This document shows positions 61,078 through 64,000 of a stretch of 64,000 nt of DNA, one piece after another (position 1 is the stretch's first letter; every line of letters starts with the position of its first letter). Location of the stretch: positions 5,696,001 through 5,760,000 of the forward strand of contig OY969763.1 of NCBI GenBank assembly GCA_963702845.1, read 5' to 3'. The stretch comes from an uncultured Verrucomicrobiae bacterium. GTDB taxonomy: Bacteria > Verrucomicrobiota > Verrucomicrobiia > Limisphaerales > Palsa-1400. The notes beneath the pieces were generated by a model that was given only the letters and a program-made list of their open reading frames with translations, was not told the DNA's origin and ran no database searches. Position numbers and translations under genes: made by a program.

Positions 61078-62559
61078 ATGAAGCAACGGAAACACTTTTG
61101 CATTGTTACGGTCCTCTTTGCTCTTTATGCGCCGCTGCCCATGCGCGCTGACGACTCTAGCGCTCAAATCATCCAGGAACTCAAGCAGCGCATCGAACAA
61201 CTCGAGAAAAAAGTCCAGTCGCTCGAACGCGGATCGGTTGTCACGAACACGCCGCCCGCAATTGCAGAACACACCTCTGCCCGCGCCGCCACCGTAGAAA
61301 CAGCATCGAAACCAATTCCCACCATAAGACTCGACGACCGCGGGTTTTCATTCGCGTCGGCGAACAGCAATTATGTGCTCCGTCTTGGCGCGGTGTTGCA
61401 GTTGGACACGCGCACTTTTTTCAACGACCCGGGCAATCCGGGTAACAATGGATTTCTGTTGCGGCGCGCTCGACCAATCCTCGCCGCCACAGTGCTGCAT
61501 GATTTTGATTTTTATTTCGTGCCGGACTTTGGAACGTCGGGCAATGGCGGCAACAATGGCACAACCTCAACCCCGCAAATCTTCGACGCCGCCCTGACCT
61601 ATCGCTACAACCCAGCCCTGCAGATTACCGCCGGAAAATTCAAATCGCCGGTTGGCCTTGAACAACTCCAGTCCGACCGCGATATCACCTTCAACGAACG
61701 CGCGCTGCCGACGGACCTGGTGCCCAATCGTGATCTCGGCTTTGAACTGCACGGCGATCTGTTCGACGGAACCGTCGGTTATGCGGCTGGCATCTTCAAC
61801 GGCGTCGGTGATGCGCGCCTGTCCAGTAATTCAAATGTGAACAACGACAAGGCATTCGCGGGCCGTCTGTTTTTCCATCCGTTCAAACCATGGGCGCTGG
61901 CGGGGCTCAAAGGATTCGGCTTCGGACTTGGCGGCAGCTTCGAAGATATTCAAGGAACGAACACCGCGAGTTTGCCCAACACTACCGGAGGCTCAAATCC
62001 CGGCTACGCGACCGTCGGCCAACAACAATTTTTCGCTTACACCAACGGCGTCGTGGCCACAGGCCAGCATTGGCGGCTTTCGCCACAAGGTTCCTATTAC
62101 TATGGCCCGTTCGGTCTGCTCGGTGAATACGGTATCTCCAATCAAAAGGTGCGTCTTCGCAGCGGCGCTCCGGCATACCTAAACAACACGGCCTGGCAGA
62201 TCACAGGATCGTGGGTCTTGACTGGTGAAGACGCGAGTTTCGATGGCGTAGTTCCTCGGTTCGACTTCAATCCATCGGAAGGCTCATGGGGCGCATGGCA
62301 GTTGGCCGCGCGCTATTCGCAACTCGACATCGACCACGCCGCTTTCCCGAGCTTCGCCGACCCGCGCGCATCCGCACGCTCCGCTCGAGAATTCGCGATC
62401 GGCCTTAACTGGTATCTCAGCCGCAACGTCCGCGCCGACGCGAGTTTTTCCCACACACAATTCGAAGGCGGCGGTCAAAGCGCCGGCAGTTCTGCTCCTG
62501 CAACAGTGACGCGCCACGACGAAAACGTCTTGTTCACCCGCTTGCAATTGGCGTTCTGA
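61078..62559 (+). CDS. OprO/OprP phosphate-selective porin family protein
   Basis: Signal peptide + coiled coil, FLLRRARP, GKFKSPVGLEQLQS, GAWQLAARYS, GLNWYL, terminal F. Confidence 0.9.
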   Translation: MKQRKHFCIVTVLFALYAPLPMRADDSSAQIIQELKQRIEQLEKKVQSLERGSVVTNTPPAIAEHTSARAATVETASKPIPTIRLDDRGFSFASANSNYVLRLGAVLQLDTRTFFNDPGNPGNNGFLLRRARPILAATVLHDFDFYFVPDFGTSGNGGNNGTTSTPQIFDAALTYRYNPALQITAGKFKSPVGLEQLQSDRDITFNERALPTDLVPNRDLGFELHGDLFDGTVGYAAGIFNGVGDARLSSNSNVNNDKAFAGRLFFHPFKPWALAGLKGFGFGLGGSFEDIQGTNTASLPNTTGGSNPGYATVGQQQFFAYTNGVVATGQHWRLSPQGSYYYGPFGLLGEYGISNQKVRLRSGAPAYLNNTAWQITGSWVLTGEDASFDGVVPRFDFNPSEGSWGAWQLAARYSQLDIDHAAFPSFADPRASARSAREFAIGLNWYLSRNVRADASFSHTQFEGGGQSAGSSAPATVTRHDENVLFTRLQLAF

Positions 62560-62573
62560 TCGGCCGGTTCGAT

Positions 62574-62690
62574 TTTGTAACGCCTCCGCAGAGGGTCTGT
62601 AACGCCCTTTGTAACGGGTAAAAACGCAAAAATCACCAATGTTTACAAGGGTTGTAACGATGTAACGGGTCAAACCCCCTGGAAGGGTGG
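62574..62690 (+). repeat. Iteron-like element with five TGTAACG copies
   Basis: TGTAACG at 62576, 62598, 62610, 62653 and 62661. Confidence 0.85.
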
Positions 62691-62740
62691 GGGTAGGGTT
62701 GTTGGCCCGACGCCGTTCGCTTTCGTGTCGCATCTACAGC

Positions 62741-62811
62741 TATCCGCAGTTAACCGCAGTCGCAGTAGATATCACTAAATCGCACCAGATCGCAGTAGTT
62801 TTTGATCACTT
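62741..62811 (-). repeat. Decamer array with the same leader as the 33.5-kb modules (hexamer TGCGAT)
   Basis: Minus strand AAGTGATCAAAAACTAC TGCGAT CTGG TGCGAT TTAG TGATAT CTAC TGCGAC. Confidence 0.8.
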
Positions 62812-62940
62812 CCATCTGCACCAAAATCCCCGCATATATTGGTGTTCAATCTGTTGCGAGGCGGACGTTCCGCTTCAATCAGTGGCTAAAAACACCGCAA
62901 ACTTGTAATCAGCCCGATTTCATGCTGAATTGTTCCTTCG

Positions 62941-64000
62941 ATGAAAAAGAATCAGCCGAATAACCCCCGCAAATATTCCAGCCTCGTTCTCGACGGTCCT
63001 GAACGCGCACCCAGCCGCGCCATGCTTTATGCCGTCGGGTTCAAACAGGAAGATTTCAAGAAGCCGCTCATCGGCATCGCCTCGAGCTGGAGCATGGTCA
63101 CGCCGTGCAACGCGCATTTGGACAAGCTGGCCATCGAAGCTGAGCTCGGCGCAAACGCGGCCGGCGGCAAAGCGATCATCTTTAATACCATCACGGTTTC
63201 CGACGGTATTTCGATGGGCACCGAAGGAATGAAATATTCCCTCGTCTCGCGCGAAGTGATCGCCGATTCGATTGAGACGGTCGTCGGCAACGAAGGCATG
63301 GACGGTTATGTCGCCATCGGTGGATGTGACAAAAATATGCCCGGCGCGATGATGGCCATCGCCCGCATGAATCGTCCGGCCGTGTTCGTTTATGGCGGCA
63401 CCATTTTGCCCGGCTGCATCACTGGCGATCCGCGCAAGCTCGACATCGTTTCCGTTTTCGAAGCCGTCGGCGCGCATGCGAACAAAAAGATCGACGACGC
63501 GCAGCTTCAAAAAATCGAATCGTGCGCTATCCCCGGACCTGGTTCCTGCGGCGGCATGTACACCGCGAACACCATGGCCAGTGCGATCGAAGCGATGGGA
63601 ATGAGCCTGCCCAACAGCTCGGCGCAAAATGCGATTTCTAAAGCGAAGAAAGAAGACTGCCAGCGCGCGGGCGCCGCGGTCGTCGACTTACTCAAACGCA
63701 ATATCCGGCCTTTGGATATCATGACGCGTAAGGCTTTTGAAAACGCGATCACTGTCGTTATCGCTCTCGGTGGTTCCACCAACGCTGTGTTGCATCTGTT
63801 GGCCATTGCCAATGCTGCAGGCGTGAAGCTTTCTATCGACGATTTCACGAAGATCGGCAAGCACGTTCCAGTGCTCGCTGACTTGAAGCCAAGTGGTCGA
63901 TACCTCATGTCCGAGCTCGTCGCCATCGGCGGCATTCAGCCGTTGATGAAGACGTTGCTCGATGCTGGTTTGCTGCACGGCGATTGCATGACGGTCACTG
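62941..64000 (+). CDS. ilvD: Dihydroxy-acid dehydratase, truncated by the window end
   Basis: [66 protein letters not shown]. Confidence 0.96.
   Translation, partial: MKKNQPNNPRKYSSLVLDGPERAPSRAMLYAVGFKQEDFKKPLIGIASSWSMVTPCNAHLDKLAIEAELGANAAGGKAIIFNTITVSDGISMGTEGMKYSLVSREVIADSIETVVGNEGMDGYVAIGGCDKNMPGAMMAIARMNRPAVFVYGGTILPGCITGDPRKLDIVSVFEAVGAHANKKIDDAQLQKIESCAIPGPGSCGGMYTANTMASAIEAMGMSLPNSSAQNAISKAKKEDCQRAGAAVVDLLKRNIRPLDIMTRKAFENAITVVIALGGSTNAVLHLLAIANAAGVKLSIDDFTKIGKHVPVLADLKPSGRYLMSELVAIGGIQPLMKTLLDAGLLHGDCMTVT

Overview
Chromosomal window, most likely from a Verrucomicrobiota bacterium of subdivision 3 (Pedosphaera/Limisphaera-like). This is inferred from DUF1549/DUF1553-DUF1501 pairs, an H-X9-DG prepilin-like protein, GloVer repeats, smpB-rpoZ synteny and secreted proteins ending in F[FY]RL. 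It carries two tRNAs, housekeeping genes (nth, fabI, smpB, rpoZ, ispA, hppA, partial ilvD), glycan and sulfate catabolism genes (sulfatase, GH92, GH2, SGNH), three DUF1549/1553-DUF1501 modules (one heavily frameshifted, probably sequencing error), a GntR-ABC operon, vapBC and an OprO/P porin. The most unusual signals are non-coding. (1) A dispersed family of arrays with exact 10-bp period; at 33.5-33.7 kb two tandem units keep the same scaffold while the repeated hexamer, including its inverted copy, is swapped coherently. (2) An orphan DUF3631 gene with intergenic repeat elements inserted in frame. (3) Mini-hairpins nested inside those repeats. (4) Two copies of a TGTAACG iteron-like element flanking vapBC and the porin. 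(5) A lone integron-type cassette with a 60-bp attC next to a phosphoketolase 3' remnant. All calls are by eye; no searches were run.
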